A DNA stretch of 32,288 bases, taken from positions 1 through 32,288 of the forward strand of contig JALAIB010000106.1 of assembly GCA_023645945.1 (NCBI GenBank). Direction: 5' to 3'. The notes beneath the pieces were generated by a model. It saw only the letters and a list, made by a program, of their open reading frames with translations, was not told the origin of the DNA and did no database searches. The first letter of the stretch is position 1. The number at the start of each line of letters is the position of its first letter. Made by a program: the position numbers and the translations under genes. Shown in pieces: positions 1-10,756 of this stretch. This stretch comes from Diploschistes diacapsis. Its lineage: Eukaryota.

Positions 1-914
1 CCTCCCTCCTCTCCCTCTCCCACTCCTCCGTCTCGCTCTCCTTCCCACCCCCCTCGACCTCCACCTCCCTCGTCACCAGCTCCTCCGGCGGCGGCCACAC
101 CGCCGTGCCCCTTGCGACCGCCAGCCGCCCGTGCACGACATCCACGGGCCACGTCTCCGCGTACTCCGCGTCCAGCAGATCCGCCCACCACACGCTCGTG
201 CCCTCGATGCGTCCCTGGAACTCGAACAGATTGTGGCTCTTGCGGCTTCCGATCCCCCTCTTCGCCAGGGGGCGCCCGTCCGTCCTGACAAAGAACCGTG
301 CGCGCTTCACCTGCTCCGGCAGCGGCGCGCGCGCCTGGATCGCTAGCACGGCCGCCATGTCCGCGATGGAGTTGGCCTTCTGGTTCCTCAGCGCGCGGCT
401 GCGCTGCAGGCGCGGCAGCAGGTGGATGCCCGCGCCGGGCCCGGACTGCACGGTCATGGTGGGCGACTTCGGGTCCCAGGCGACTTCGTGCAGGTGCTTG
501 AATTCCAGCAGGCGAGTGTAGGCGTGCAGGCCTTGGTAAGGGTTCGGGAAGGAGAGGACGCAGAGGGGGGACCAGTGATCTTTGCGCAGGGCGGGGGGCA
601 CGGATTTCTTGCCCAGGAAGGGGATTTGGGAGAGCGCTTTTTTGTTCTGTAGGTGCGGAGCATGGGCGGGGACGTCAGCGCTGGTCGCTTGTGTTGGGGA
701 GAGGATGGAAAGAAAAGTAAGGGGGGGAGGGATTCGGGTGGAGGGAGCTTACCCTCATCGAGCGTGTGAGGGAGTATATGATCTGGTGCGTGCGAATGTT
801 ATGGTAGACGAAGATCTGGTGGCCATGTTCGGTGCCAAATTCGAGGGGGACGCGGATAGTGGTTTTGACTTTTCCCGTGGCTTTGCTCACGGCGTTCTTG
901 ACTGCCGTGGCCAT
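1..914 (-). CDS. MHR1: Mitochondrial Mhr1 / mitoribosomal protein mL67, 3'-partial (runs off the window start)
   Basis: Exon 1 914..753 (MATAVK...HGHQIFVYHNIRTHQIIYSLTRSMR). Intron 752..647 (GTAAGC...GCTGAC...ACAG). Exon 2 from 646 reads NKKALSQIPFLGKKSVPPALRKDHWSPL...LRNQKANSIADMAAVL...WADLLDAEYAETWP, which are the recognisable Mhr1 motifs (LRKD.W.P, QKANSIAD.A.VL, W.D..DAE.A..WP). Confidence 0.92.
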
Positions 915-1039
915 TGCGATCGGCGTGGAGGTATGATGGGGTTTAGCTAGGTGAAACTTTTAGATCAAGAAGCATTGAGAAAATATGCCAAGATGGACAG
1001 AGTAACTGAGGCTTGTCGATGACTAAGGTTACATCCATA

Positions 1040-1221
1040 ACGTGTTTCACCACGAAACGGAACACTACATTATAATGTAATTGCGCTAGATCGAGCGCTT
1101 CCATATTTGTACGAAGCTCAATCTGTTCTCAACTACACTACCCCGTTCTTCGGCCTTTTTTTGATTACATTATATGTAGTGTTCCGCTTCGTGGGGTGTT
1201 CCGTTTCGTGGTGAATCACGT
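1040..1221. mobile_element. 182-bp MITE of the pogo/Fot1 (Tc1/mariner superfamily) type
   Basis: 26-bp terminal inverted repeats (1040-1065 and 1196-1221, 1 mismatch) beginning ACGTG. TA flanks both ends (1038-1039, 1222-1223). A 16-bp internal direct repeat CCACGAARCGGAACAC is present. No coding capacity. Confidence 0.85.
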
Positions 1222-1394
1222 TAACAAGTTTCCTGCCACACAAAGTAAAAAGCTGTTTAGTAACGACTCAACCTCCAGCGAAAAGGCAAATGATATGCGA
1301 ACCTGCGAACCTGTTGTCACTCCCCCACGGTGTAACTGATGCTATGCACATAACACGCTATGAGGGCTATCTAACAAGATTCAGAGCGCTAAGC

Positions 1395-4034
1395 CTATCT
1401 CTTCGATTTGAATTGCCCAAGCATGTGCTCCAGCTCCGCCTGCGCCCCTCTATCGCTCGTCTTCGCCCTTAATAGTTCTAAAGCGTTGACGTCTTTCACC
1501 TTCATCAACTCCTTTCCAGCATCTACGGGCAACCCACACTTCACATACATCTCGCTTCTCTGCTGAGCTGTCTGGCCAGTACACTTCGGAACAAACGAAG
1601 CAGCCAGCTTTGTGTTACCCGCTCCAAGAATTTCGTTGAAGTAAGGCTCCCAGCTGATTGAGCTTTTCCGGGACTTGGAGAGCTCCTCAAGCTCGCCCCA
1701 GTTCCGAGCCGTCACCAATGCTCGGAGTCGAATCCAGGAGTACACCTTATCGGATACCTTGAAGTCAGACTGCAGCTTAGCTGCGCGCTTTGTGTAACCT
1801 GTACGAATGAGTTGATGCATCGTCTCATGCAGACTCAGTCCAGTGTAACTTGCATCAAGGTCACGGCTTAAGCTATCCTGCACCTTCAAAAGTTGTTGCG
1901 CCTCAGCAAGACTCTTCTGGTGTTGCACTCCCGCTGGGTCCTTTGATTCTGCCAATGTTCTGTGAGCGATCTTGAGCTTCTCTAATGCTTGAGCAATAGA
2001 ATTTTGATCCAAAGCTTCTGCTAGGATCAAATTTGAAGAATCTATCGGCCGGTCATCCTGGTAGTACAGGTCCTTGAGTAATAAAGTATCATTCGAGGCA
2101 GCAGATGATTGGACTAGAGCCAATGCGAGCGGTCTCGATGTTAGCATGCGAAAAAAGGACACTAAAGGCAGCTTATTTTTCATTCGTAGCAGCACGAAGA
2201 AGACGAGGTCTGTATCACCGCTTTCGATGGCTTTATCAAGAGCAATGTCGTCTTCGTTCATCGACAAGAGAAGTGGCACTTGCTTTCCTGCCCGAGGCTC
2301 GTGATTGAGCAATTGTGTGGCGAGATGGCCTCGTCCCTCATCATAAGCCGCTCTTGCAATGATCTCAAAGGAGACTCCATGCTTGTCTCCCAGCTTCTGC
2401 ACTATCATGTTGCAAATCGTGTCCTCGTCTTCGGTCGATGTACGTACTTTTTGTGAAGCCCAGTGGACATAAATCTTATCTGTAGATAAATGCAGATGCT
2501 CCGAAATGCGGATCGCCAAAAGGTACTCATGACGATTTATTAGTCTTTGGACCAATTTAGCCGGAGTAAGGCGAAGATACTGCTCGTACGTCAAGGGCAA
2601 TCCTATTTTGTAGTCCCGTACCGCGTTGAGTACCCTTAGTGTCTCACACATGTTCACAAACCCGTCGCTATCGTAGAGATCCAGAACGGATTTCCCAAAC
2701 GAGGCTGCCTTGAGAAGCTGTTTCTGCCATTGTAGCGAGTGCTCCTGTCCAGCGGCACGGATGCACGTTTCAATAGCTTCGCCTAGGTTTGGCCGTATCA
2801 GCTGGATATTATCATCGGCTTTTGGCGACTTCTTCTCGAGCTGCTGGACAGCATCCAATAGTACGGATGCTGGCGCAGTCGAGCCAAGCTTGAAAACTTC
2901 CTCCGTTTCCTCTGGGACTTTCTGCAACACTTCACAAACATCATTGGTGATCAACCGTACACCGTCGATGTCCGGAAGCAGGTGAACCCAACCATCAAAA
3001 AAGTACTTCAGCGCGGCCCCACTTGGCCCAACCATATGGACCTCGTCCTCCCATGCCAGAACGACAGAGTGGTTGCCGCACCACTGAACGTCCTTTGGCA
3101 CGGTTTTGGCTTTAGAGTCGTATTCGCTGAGTTTCTCTTGGAAGTCGCTGCTGATTACCCAGACTTTTCCATCTTCCGTGTAAAGACTGACAAACTTTCC
3201 ATTTGGTGAGACGGAAACATGTCGGAATGGACCGTTTTGTAAAGCACGGTCTTCAGCTTCGGAAGTATCCACAACATAGATGGTCTTGTCCAAAGCCAGC
3301 AATACTTCCACTGACCTAGACAATGTATATTGAGGTGGGATGATGCTCCAGCCAAAAACGGTCAAATCTGCGGGCGGAATAGCGAGCAGCCTTGGCCGTG
3401 GATCTATATACTGAGTGACTGCGATCAAACGGTTATTGTTGAGTAGGGCAACAAAACCAGTCGTCCAGAAACGGCATGCCTTGACGCCAATTTCTTCGGC
3501 GCTCTAAACCTTGAGTTCTCAACGAGCTTCGCGACCGCAGATTTAATGTTACTTACATTGCCCAAAGAGAACTGGGTGAAGTCACCCTGTAGGTCATAGT
3601 AACAGCGCACTGTTCCATCGTCGGTCACTATGAGCAGCCTTTCGTCTTCTGACCAGCCAAAACCTCTAATAGATCCTTTATCCCACTGTACCGTTAGTCA
3701 AAGTCAATCAGTCAGCTGAACTAGAAGTACATTGATTCGGCGTATCAGACTACCAGAGCAGCTGTATATATCGATACCGGATTTGGTAGGGTTTGAGCTC
3801 CGATACACTTGCAACTTGCTCTCATCCCGGTATAGTGCTGTCTCGAGATTAGCGACCAGTAACTCACTCATAGATAAAACTTGTACCAAGCGCGCCAGCA
3901 TACGGAGCTTCAGCAATCAAATGGTTCTCGAGTTCAAGGTCTGGGTCGAATATGGCATCATAGAGCTTGACTTTGCGGTAGAAGCGATCGCCTACCCTTT
4001 CCCAATCTACTGTTGGACTGGCCATACCTGCCAT
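1395..4034 (-). CDS. VPS16: Vacuolar protein sorting protein Vps16 (HOPS/CORVET core subunit), ~830 aa, 4 exons
   Basis: Exons 4034..3887, 3837..3731, 3685..3557 and 3503..1395 join in frame through GT-AG introns (2493 nt). Motifs PTVDWE..G.RFYRK, APYAGALALYRD, QKQLLKAASFGKS, EPRAGKQVPLLL, AIESGDTDLV. Alternative ATG at 4025. Confidence 0.95.
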
Positions 4035-4343
4035 TGATGATACCAGCTCATCTCTGACACACAATGTTAAATAGCGATTCGCTGTTCCAATCAGGCCGCT
4101 CCGTTATTATCCCCAACAAAAGTGCTTGAAGTGAGAATTAAACGCATTACTGGGTTGTTGTTGTCTGGCTGTCACATGTTTTCGCGATTAGCGCTTGGCG
4201 CACAGACCATCACACCATACTGAACTCGGAATCTTGCGTCAATCATTGTTTACTTCGCTTCGCTCTCTTTAGCTTCAATGCATGCTTCTCGGCAACTGCG
4301 ATACAGGATTGTTATCGATGAATGCAAAGAACTGCTGTTAGAT

Positions 4344-6478
4344 ATGGCACTAGACCCTAGAGCATTTCCTGGTGTCGTCTCGGAGGTTAGGATCAAGTCA
4401 TCAGCATCTGCGCCGTCATTGCGTGCGCGAGAGTCAGAAGTTACGAGCATGGGAAGAAATACGCCGGACAATGGGGGTGGGAATGTGAAGGTCGTAGTGA
4501 GAGTTCGGGCGTTTCTACCTCGAGGTAAGGCAGCCTGGCTTGTCTATCATTGCCAATGTCCTATTTCCGTGTGGTTTCAGCCTCGAGCTATACTATCAGA
4601 CCGAGATCAGCTTTATTGACCCAGCCTCTAGAAATCGCAAAAAATTCGGAATGTATCGTCGTGATGAACCCCGTCAGCCAGGCAACAACACTGCTTGTAC
4701 CCAGCGACATGACGGCCAGCGATCCGAAAGGACAAAACAGAAGATCGGTGGAAGAGAAGACCTTCACCTTCGACAACTCATTCTGGTCATTCAATACTAG
4801 CGATCTGCATTACGCTAACCAGGAGAATGTATATAATGCCTTGGGCGAAGAGTTCCTTGACCACAACTTTGAAGGCTACCATACATGTATATTCGCCTAC
4901 GGTCAGACTGGGTCTGGAAAATCTTACACAATGATGGGCACCCCTGAGAAGCCAGGCATTATCCCTCGAACTTGTGAGGATCTGTTTCAGCGCATCGAGT
5001 CGAATACTTCACCGCATATCTCATACACAGTCCGAGTGTCCTACTTTGAGGTCTACAACGAGCACGTCCGCGATTTACTCTCTTCTCCACGGCAGACGAA
5101 CACCGGTCATCCCAACTATCTGAAAATCAGAGAGCACCCAAGCGAGGGCCCATACGTCAAGGACTTGACTGAGATGGCCGTCAGAAATTACAACGAACTT
5201 CTACGCTGCATGCGAATTGGTGATGCCTCGCGCACTACCGCTTCTACCAAGATGAACGATACTTCTTCCCGCTCCCATGCCGTTTTCACAATTGTTCTCA
5301 AACAGATCCATAACGATATCCAGACAGACTCGACCACTGAACGTACGGCTCGCATCCGCCTTGTGGATCTCGCAGGCTCCGAGCGCGCCAATCGCACCGA
5401 AGCCACAGGTCAGCGGCTTCGCGAAGGTGCCAACATTAACAAGTCTCTCACTACTCTCGGCCGTGTCATTGCCGCTCTCTCTACCCAGCCTAACGCTCGC
5501 GGTAAACCGCGCAAAGACGTCGTCCCATACCGCGACTCTATCCTGACCTGGCTCCTCAAGGATTCCCTTGGCGGTAACAGCAAAACCGCCATGATCGCCT
5601 GCATCTCACCCACCGATTACGACGAGACCCTTTCCACCCTCCGCTACGCTGACCAAGCCAAGCGCATCCGTACACGGGCCGTTGTCAACCAAGGCTCAGC
5701 CTCTGCCGCCGAGCGTGACGCGCAACTCGAGGAGATGCAGGCTCACGTCGAGGATCTGCAGCGGCAGGTCGCACATTTCACACGCGTAGCGCAGGAACAG
5801 GACAAAGTGCAAATGAAGAATAGGATGGAAGGTTATAAGATTCGTGACGAAAAGCTCGAGGAGTACGCTGAGAGGGTACAGCAGATGCAGCGCCGGGCCC
5901 AGGAGGATAGGCTAGTGTACGAGAGCAAGATTCGGCAACTAGTGGAGAAGAACGAGACACTGAGCCGCCATTTGAAGCTCGCATGTGACAGCATTAAGAA
6001 CCCAATTCCTGGGCCGACGGCAGCGAACAAGGCCCATATACCAAGAGAGAGTATGAGAAGTATTAGCGGCATTAGCACAATCTCGGTTGGGAACAATCTG
6101 GGGATCAAGAAGCGTGTTAGTCTAGGTTTCCCAGAGGATCAAGGAAGTAGGCGCACGTCGATCGGTGAAGAGGAGGATGACACGTTCGAGAGCGCGGAGA
6201 GCGCAGATGAAGAGCCGCCGACTCCCCCGAAACCCTACCGTGGGTTCAATGCGAAGGAGCTGTGGTCGGAGACGCTGCATAGCGGGCAGGATCCGACGAA
6301 GGAAGAGATGAGTGAGCAGAACGAGGACGTCATGGATGATTTATGGGAGCTATTTGACGAGTTAGCACTGTTCAAGATGAAGGTCAAGGACGATATTGGA
6401 AGATTCCGTAAGAAACACAGTGACAAGGTGAAGGAGATATGTCCGATCAACACCAACTTGTTTCCGGGTATGCTATAG
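4344..6478 (+). CDS. Short fungal kinesin-3 (UncB/Nkin3-like), ~675 aa, 2 exons
   Basis: Exon 1 ends GNVKVVVRVRAFLPR at 4524, intron 4525..4631 (GTAAGG...CTAG), exon 2 4632..6478. P-loop GQTGSGKS, switch I SSRSH, switch II DLAGSE. Kinesin-3 features FTFDNSFWS, VPYRDSILTWLLKDSLGGNSKT, YDETLSTLRYADQAKRI. Start is uncertain: in-frame ATGs at 4278, 4344 and 4449. Confidence 0.9.
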
Positions 6479-7474
6479 AATGGCGGTGGACTTGGTCATC
6501 AAGGCTAAAGAGAGGGGTGAGGATAGCTGCATTTTGGCACATTGGTCAAATCACATCTGCTTTTTGGACTGGCCTTGATTTCAAAGGCATCGTACGCTCC
6601 GAAGTGTATTCTAAAGAGCATAGCTTTTCAGCTCCCTCAGAATGCATAACAATGTGGGAAACTAAGACGTATCACCACACGTCTACAATATCCACTACAT
6701 CGACGAACCTTCTAGTGAGCAGAGCCGTCCAGCCAACACGTCCTTGCAGTCTATATCGTCGACCAAAGCTACCTTCCTATCTCCCTATCAAGCTACTTAT
6801 CACTAATCGATACGAACCCGACTTTTCCCAACGACAGCTCACGGTTCAACCTCGCCTTTGACCCGTCAGTCCTTTGAATACTGTCCAGGACTATTGCCAA
6901 TAAGACATTTACCATGAGAAGAGGCTCGAAGGTGCTGCGCTATACGCAAGGAACTGCTGCAAGGCAAAATGCTGTTCAAGAGGAATAACGAAGATGGCAT
7001 GGGGAGTAGGAGGGCCAGCGCATAAAGGAGGGCGCCAAAGACCATTCACAAAGCCTTTATTTACATAGGCGAACGACCCAACGGGCCTTTGTCCCGCTCC
7101 GGGAACGTTTAGAGCACATGCCTCAGACGTATGGACCAAGGAGAAATAGAGATGCACACGTTTGCCTACATTGCACAACACTTTCGCATTTGGCCTGTCC
7201 TCTTTCCTCAACTCGTGAGCACATTGGGTAATTAATACAAAACATCAAGTCTCGTTAGATCATGCAATAAAAGCCCGCCTTCGAATTCGTTATTTATTTA
7301 CCGGAAGTCAAGCTCCACGGATAGTGAACTCGAATACGAACATTCACGGATGACATTCAATTTGAGCATAGTGCGTTTGGAATGGAATATGAATCATCAA
7401 CCGCACTGCACGAGGCATACGTAACCTTGCAGCATTATCATACATCAGCTATAAGACACATACATGCAGAGAGC

Positions 7475-8823
7475 TTAAGACGAATACTGTATCTCCAACC
7501 CCACCCCCCTAAAGATCCTCTCCCTTTTTCTGAAATCAACATGCACTCCAAAGGAGTACAAGAGCTCCTTCAGCTTCCCCTCCCACAGGACCCCAATCTC
7601 GCCGTCCTGGTTCAGCCGCGCTTTAAGCACGCCGGCCGTCGCCTCGTTCTCGAATCCCATAAGCGACTCTTCCAGCCCACGCTCCGAGCGCACCTCCCCC
7701 GCGTCGAGCTGCGCAGCCGCAGAGCGCTCCAGCACAGCAAGCGCCGGCTCCCCCCACCCCGCCTTACCAGGCAACCGCAGTATACTGTGCGCCCAGTCCA
7801 GCGAATCATCCCTCTGCTTTCGCTGCCACAGCTCCATGCCGACCTGGAAGCCGCTCTCGTAGCTGTAGACATTGAAGTGGAACTTTGAGCACAGAGCAAG
7901 CAGCTTGCCCGCCTTGACCGCGTACGTCGAGGTCAGGTTGCCCACCAGTGGGTTCAGGGTGAGGGTCATTGTGTAGGGAAAGCCGTCGTGCTGCGGCAGC
8001 GTGGCGAAGCGGAAGCCCGTGCTCATGCCGCCGGACTTGTTCAGGATGCCGTAGTAGAGCTCCGCGCCGGCGCTGAAGCGGCCGTAGCGGCCCGGTCCCT
8101 CTTGCTTCGCCACGTCGCCTTCTGCGGCAGGGCTGCCCGCTTCCGCCCGCGGGTCCGGGCCGAAGTTGTACAAGCCGCGCACGCCCAGCAGCGCGCTGTC
8201 GGTGCTGTAAAGATACTCGGTCGAGTACTTCGCCCTGTCCTGCTGCAGCAGCACGAGGATCGTGCCCCCGCTCCGTATCCCTTGCCCGCTGACCCACTTC
8301 ACCTTGACCTGCGTTACGGGGCTCAGCCGCCGCAGGTACAGCGCCTCGAGATCGCTCGTCGGCAGGTACAGTCGCCCGTACAGCAGCGTGTCTTTCCTCT
8401 CGAGCCGCTTGCCGCGCTGCCATATTTCCCACCACCAGCTGTCGTCCGGCCGGCGGAGCTCGTGCGATTGGCAGTACCCGGGAATGAGGAGGCGGAGGGG
8501 GATGTGGGAGCTGCGGTGCGGGATGGAGAGGGGGATGGAGGAGTAGAGGTAGGAGAGGGAGCCGTTGAGGAGGCCGAGGGGGTTGAGGGAGTAGGAGGTG
8601 CCGAGGTGGGCGGTAGAAAGGGAGGAGAGGGAGAGAGACAGGGTGGTGGGGGTCGGGAAGTCGAGGAGCGCTGCAGATGGGGATGTCAGCTCATAAGGAG
8701 CGAACGGCTGGGAAACCGGGATGTACCCCGTGCTGTTACATCCAAGGCGCCGTAAGAGTTGTCACGATTCCATCCTGTAGCGGCGAAGAAGGTGTGCTGG
8801 ACATAGTCCATAAACTCCAACAT
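7475..8823 (-). CDS. MDM10: Mitochondrial distribution and morphology protein Mdm10 (outer-membrane beta-barrel, ERMES/SAM), ~430 aa, 2 exons
   Basis: Exon 1 8823..8727 ([24 protein letters not shown]...). Intron 8726..8671 (GTACAT...GCTGAC...CAG). Exon 2 8670..7475 contains [46 protein letters not shown] and C-terminal GLEIQYSS. Confidence 0.95.
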
Positions 8824-8974
8824 CTTGAGAAGAGCGCTGCGCTGGCTGGCTCATGCTAAAGACATATCGTACGCCCCGGAATGGGTAAGATTGTAGCCGC
8901 TAGCAACAATCGCAAAAAAGGGCTCGAACTATGGGGTGCTTGTTGTCCGAGAAGCGTTCTATGGCAGATGATTT

Positions 8975-8981
8975 AAAAAAA
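8975..8981 (-). terminator. RNA polymerase III oligo-T terminator of the tRNA-Gln gene
   Basis: T7 run on the minus strand, 13 nt downstream of the tRNA 3' end. Confidence 0.7.
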
Positions 8982-8994
8982 TGTGTTATATATA

Positions 8995-9075
8995 AGCTCG
9001 GGCTGAGACTCGAACTCAGGTTACTGGAATGATAAGCTTCAAAATCCAGTGTGATAACCTCTACACTACCCAAGC
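8995..9075 (-). tRNA. tRNA-Gln (anticodon UUG) with a 9-nt intron
   Basis: Minus strand reads GCTTGGG TA GTG TAGAGGTTAT CAC A CTGGA TT TTG A [AGCTTATCA] T TCCAG TAAC CTGAG TTCGAGT CTCAG CCCGAGC T. All four stems pair. The intron (9038..9030) is at the canonical 37/38 position, giving a 72-nt mature tRNA. Confidence 0.93.
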
Positions 9076-10223
9076 AAAGAATAAGCAATTGAGTTGCTAT
9101 TTCATAATATAAATAACCTCAGTCATACTGCGGAATGCTCTAATATTCATTTTCTTTCCACATTCTAAGTAGTCAAGGTTGTATCATGGACTGACCACAG
9201 GCTTCAGGTTCTTCGAAAGACTAGTGTCACCTAAAGGTAGTTGACCTTAGTACAATGTTCGCTAGCTACACTCTGGTATTAACAACTTCCTCACTTATTG
9301 CCCCAGTTTAAAAATAGCCTTTCTCGAAGAACATCGAAGCCATATACACTGTAGTGCATTTCATCACATGAGCTCTGCACCTGAACAGGCATGCCATGTC
9401 GCCATAACGCCTTGCATTGACCTTGAATGCTTGTCTCCTGTTTACCAACCTCGCGGTCTCGTCTGGATCCTCATACATGATTTTCTTTGATCGAACAAGC
9501 AGCCTTCTCTGCCATCAGTGATAACTCTGTGAAAAAACTTCACCTTCGACCGTTCAGCTCAGCCAGATGACACTGTAGCTAATGCAATAAGCCGGAGCAA
9601 AACTGATACTGTCACTGTTCAGACAAATCTCGCGCATCTCATCTATAAGGGCACCAAAGTGAGGTTACTCCAACCCTATAAGGTCTATTAAGCTAGTAGA
9701 AGAAATGCATTTCACAAGGTCGTTAAATGATATGCAGGCGGCAACGAAGGGGATGGAGACGAATCTTTGCTCAGTCATACATTGGGCTTGGTGGTGGTAG
9801 CCTCATACTTGATCAAACCTGAGAAATGCTCGGCAAGTAAAAGAAGCTGAGGAGAATCACTCATCAGCAGCTGCAAGAAAGCTCTACATGAAGAAAATGC
9901 CGCAGATGGAAATAGGTCTTAGGAGTCTGGGGGGGCTTCAAGTATCTGATCTGAAGCAACCCTCGAGCTTTCACGTGGGTATAAAGTCGTCCAAGTGGTA
10001 CTAGGTGTGACACCATCATTAATATCGCATGATAGGGATAGTAAGTAACACTTTAAAGCCTATGGAGGCTCGCAATGCTGCAGAGCACACCACAAAGAAG
10101 AGTTGGCGGTCTATCTCACACATCCGCAAGCGAAATCAGACATAGAGTATTACGTGCAAGGTCCGAACGCCATGAAGCTAGGCTTGATAGTTGTTCTACG
10201 CTGGAGCTTTTGTTCTCTAATTT

Positions 10224-10756
10224 GGCCCTGTTTGGTGGTCAGCGTAGAGCATGTGTAGAGCCTCTGCGTAGCTTGTACGAGGTCACATGACACTCTACGC
10301 TCCCACCAAACGCCCCTTTTCGTAGAGCGTCTACGCGCTCTACGACCACCAAAATCTTCGTAGAGTGCTGTGAGAGCTCGAGAGCTCTCACAGCACTCTA
10401 CGAATTGATCCAAAATGAACAGAAACCCTGTCGCCGCCGCTTTCACCGCCCATTTCCCCCTCCCATCTGGCCCAAATGGACGATTTTTTAATCAAGATAT
10501 CACGAAAACAAGGTCAGGATAACCGTTGTTTTGATCTCTGATGTTGCGCAACTATACGCAGCCCAGCATTACGACCAATGCTACGCCTGCGAGGGCATCG
10601 TAAAGATGCCATCACGCATGCACAGAGAAGGCTGGGAAGGCTGGGAGAACTGGACCGAGGCTGGACTACTAGGCCGAGGATGGTAAGCGACAGCGTGATA
10701 GGGCTGGCTGCCAAACGCGCCACGTAGAGCAGCTCTATGTGCAGCCAAACAGGGCC
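10224..10756. mobile_element. 533-bp non-autonomous element, PIF/Harbinger (Tourist-like) MITE
   Basis: Perfect 12-bp TIR GGCCCTGTTTGG (10224-10235) / CCAAACAGGGCC (10745-10756). The same trinucleotide TTT flanks both ends (10221-10223, 10757-10759). The subterminal motif CGTAGAG/CTCTACG occurs near both ends. Confidence 0.75.
10357..10404. repeat. Perfect inverted repeat with 23-bp arms and a 2-nt spacer
   Basis: TTCGTAGAGTGCTGTGAGAGCTC-GA-GAGCTCTCACAGCACTCTACGAA. Confidence 0.97.

Noticed and set aside
73..950. Several overlapping GC-rich ORFs (105..521, 422..652, 582..950 and others)
   Set aside because: They are antisense or off-frame shadows of the GC-rich MHR1 gene and carry no recognisable motifs.
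6439..7211. ORFs of 140 aa and 100 aa between the kinesin and MDM10
   Set aside because: Both use non-ATG starts and show no recognisable domain. A gene remnant cannot be excluded but is unsupported.
7382..8755. Long ORFs 7988..8755 (+), 7806..8435 (-) and 7382..7888 (+)
   Set aside because: They are shadows of MDM10 caused by high GC at third codon positions.
10230..10404. CRISPR-like or tandem array interpretation of the repeated heptamer
   Set aside because: The context is eukaryotic, and the repeats are short, alternate in orientation and lack regular spacers.
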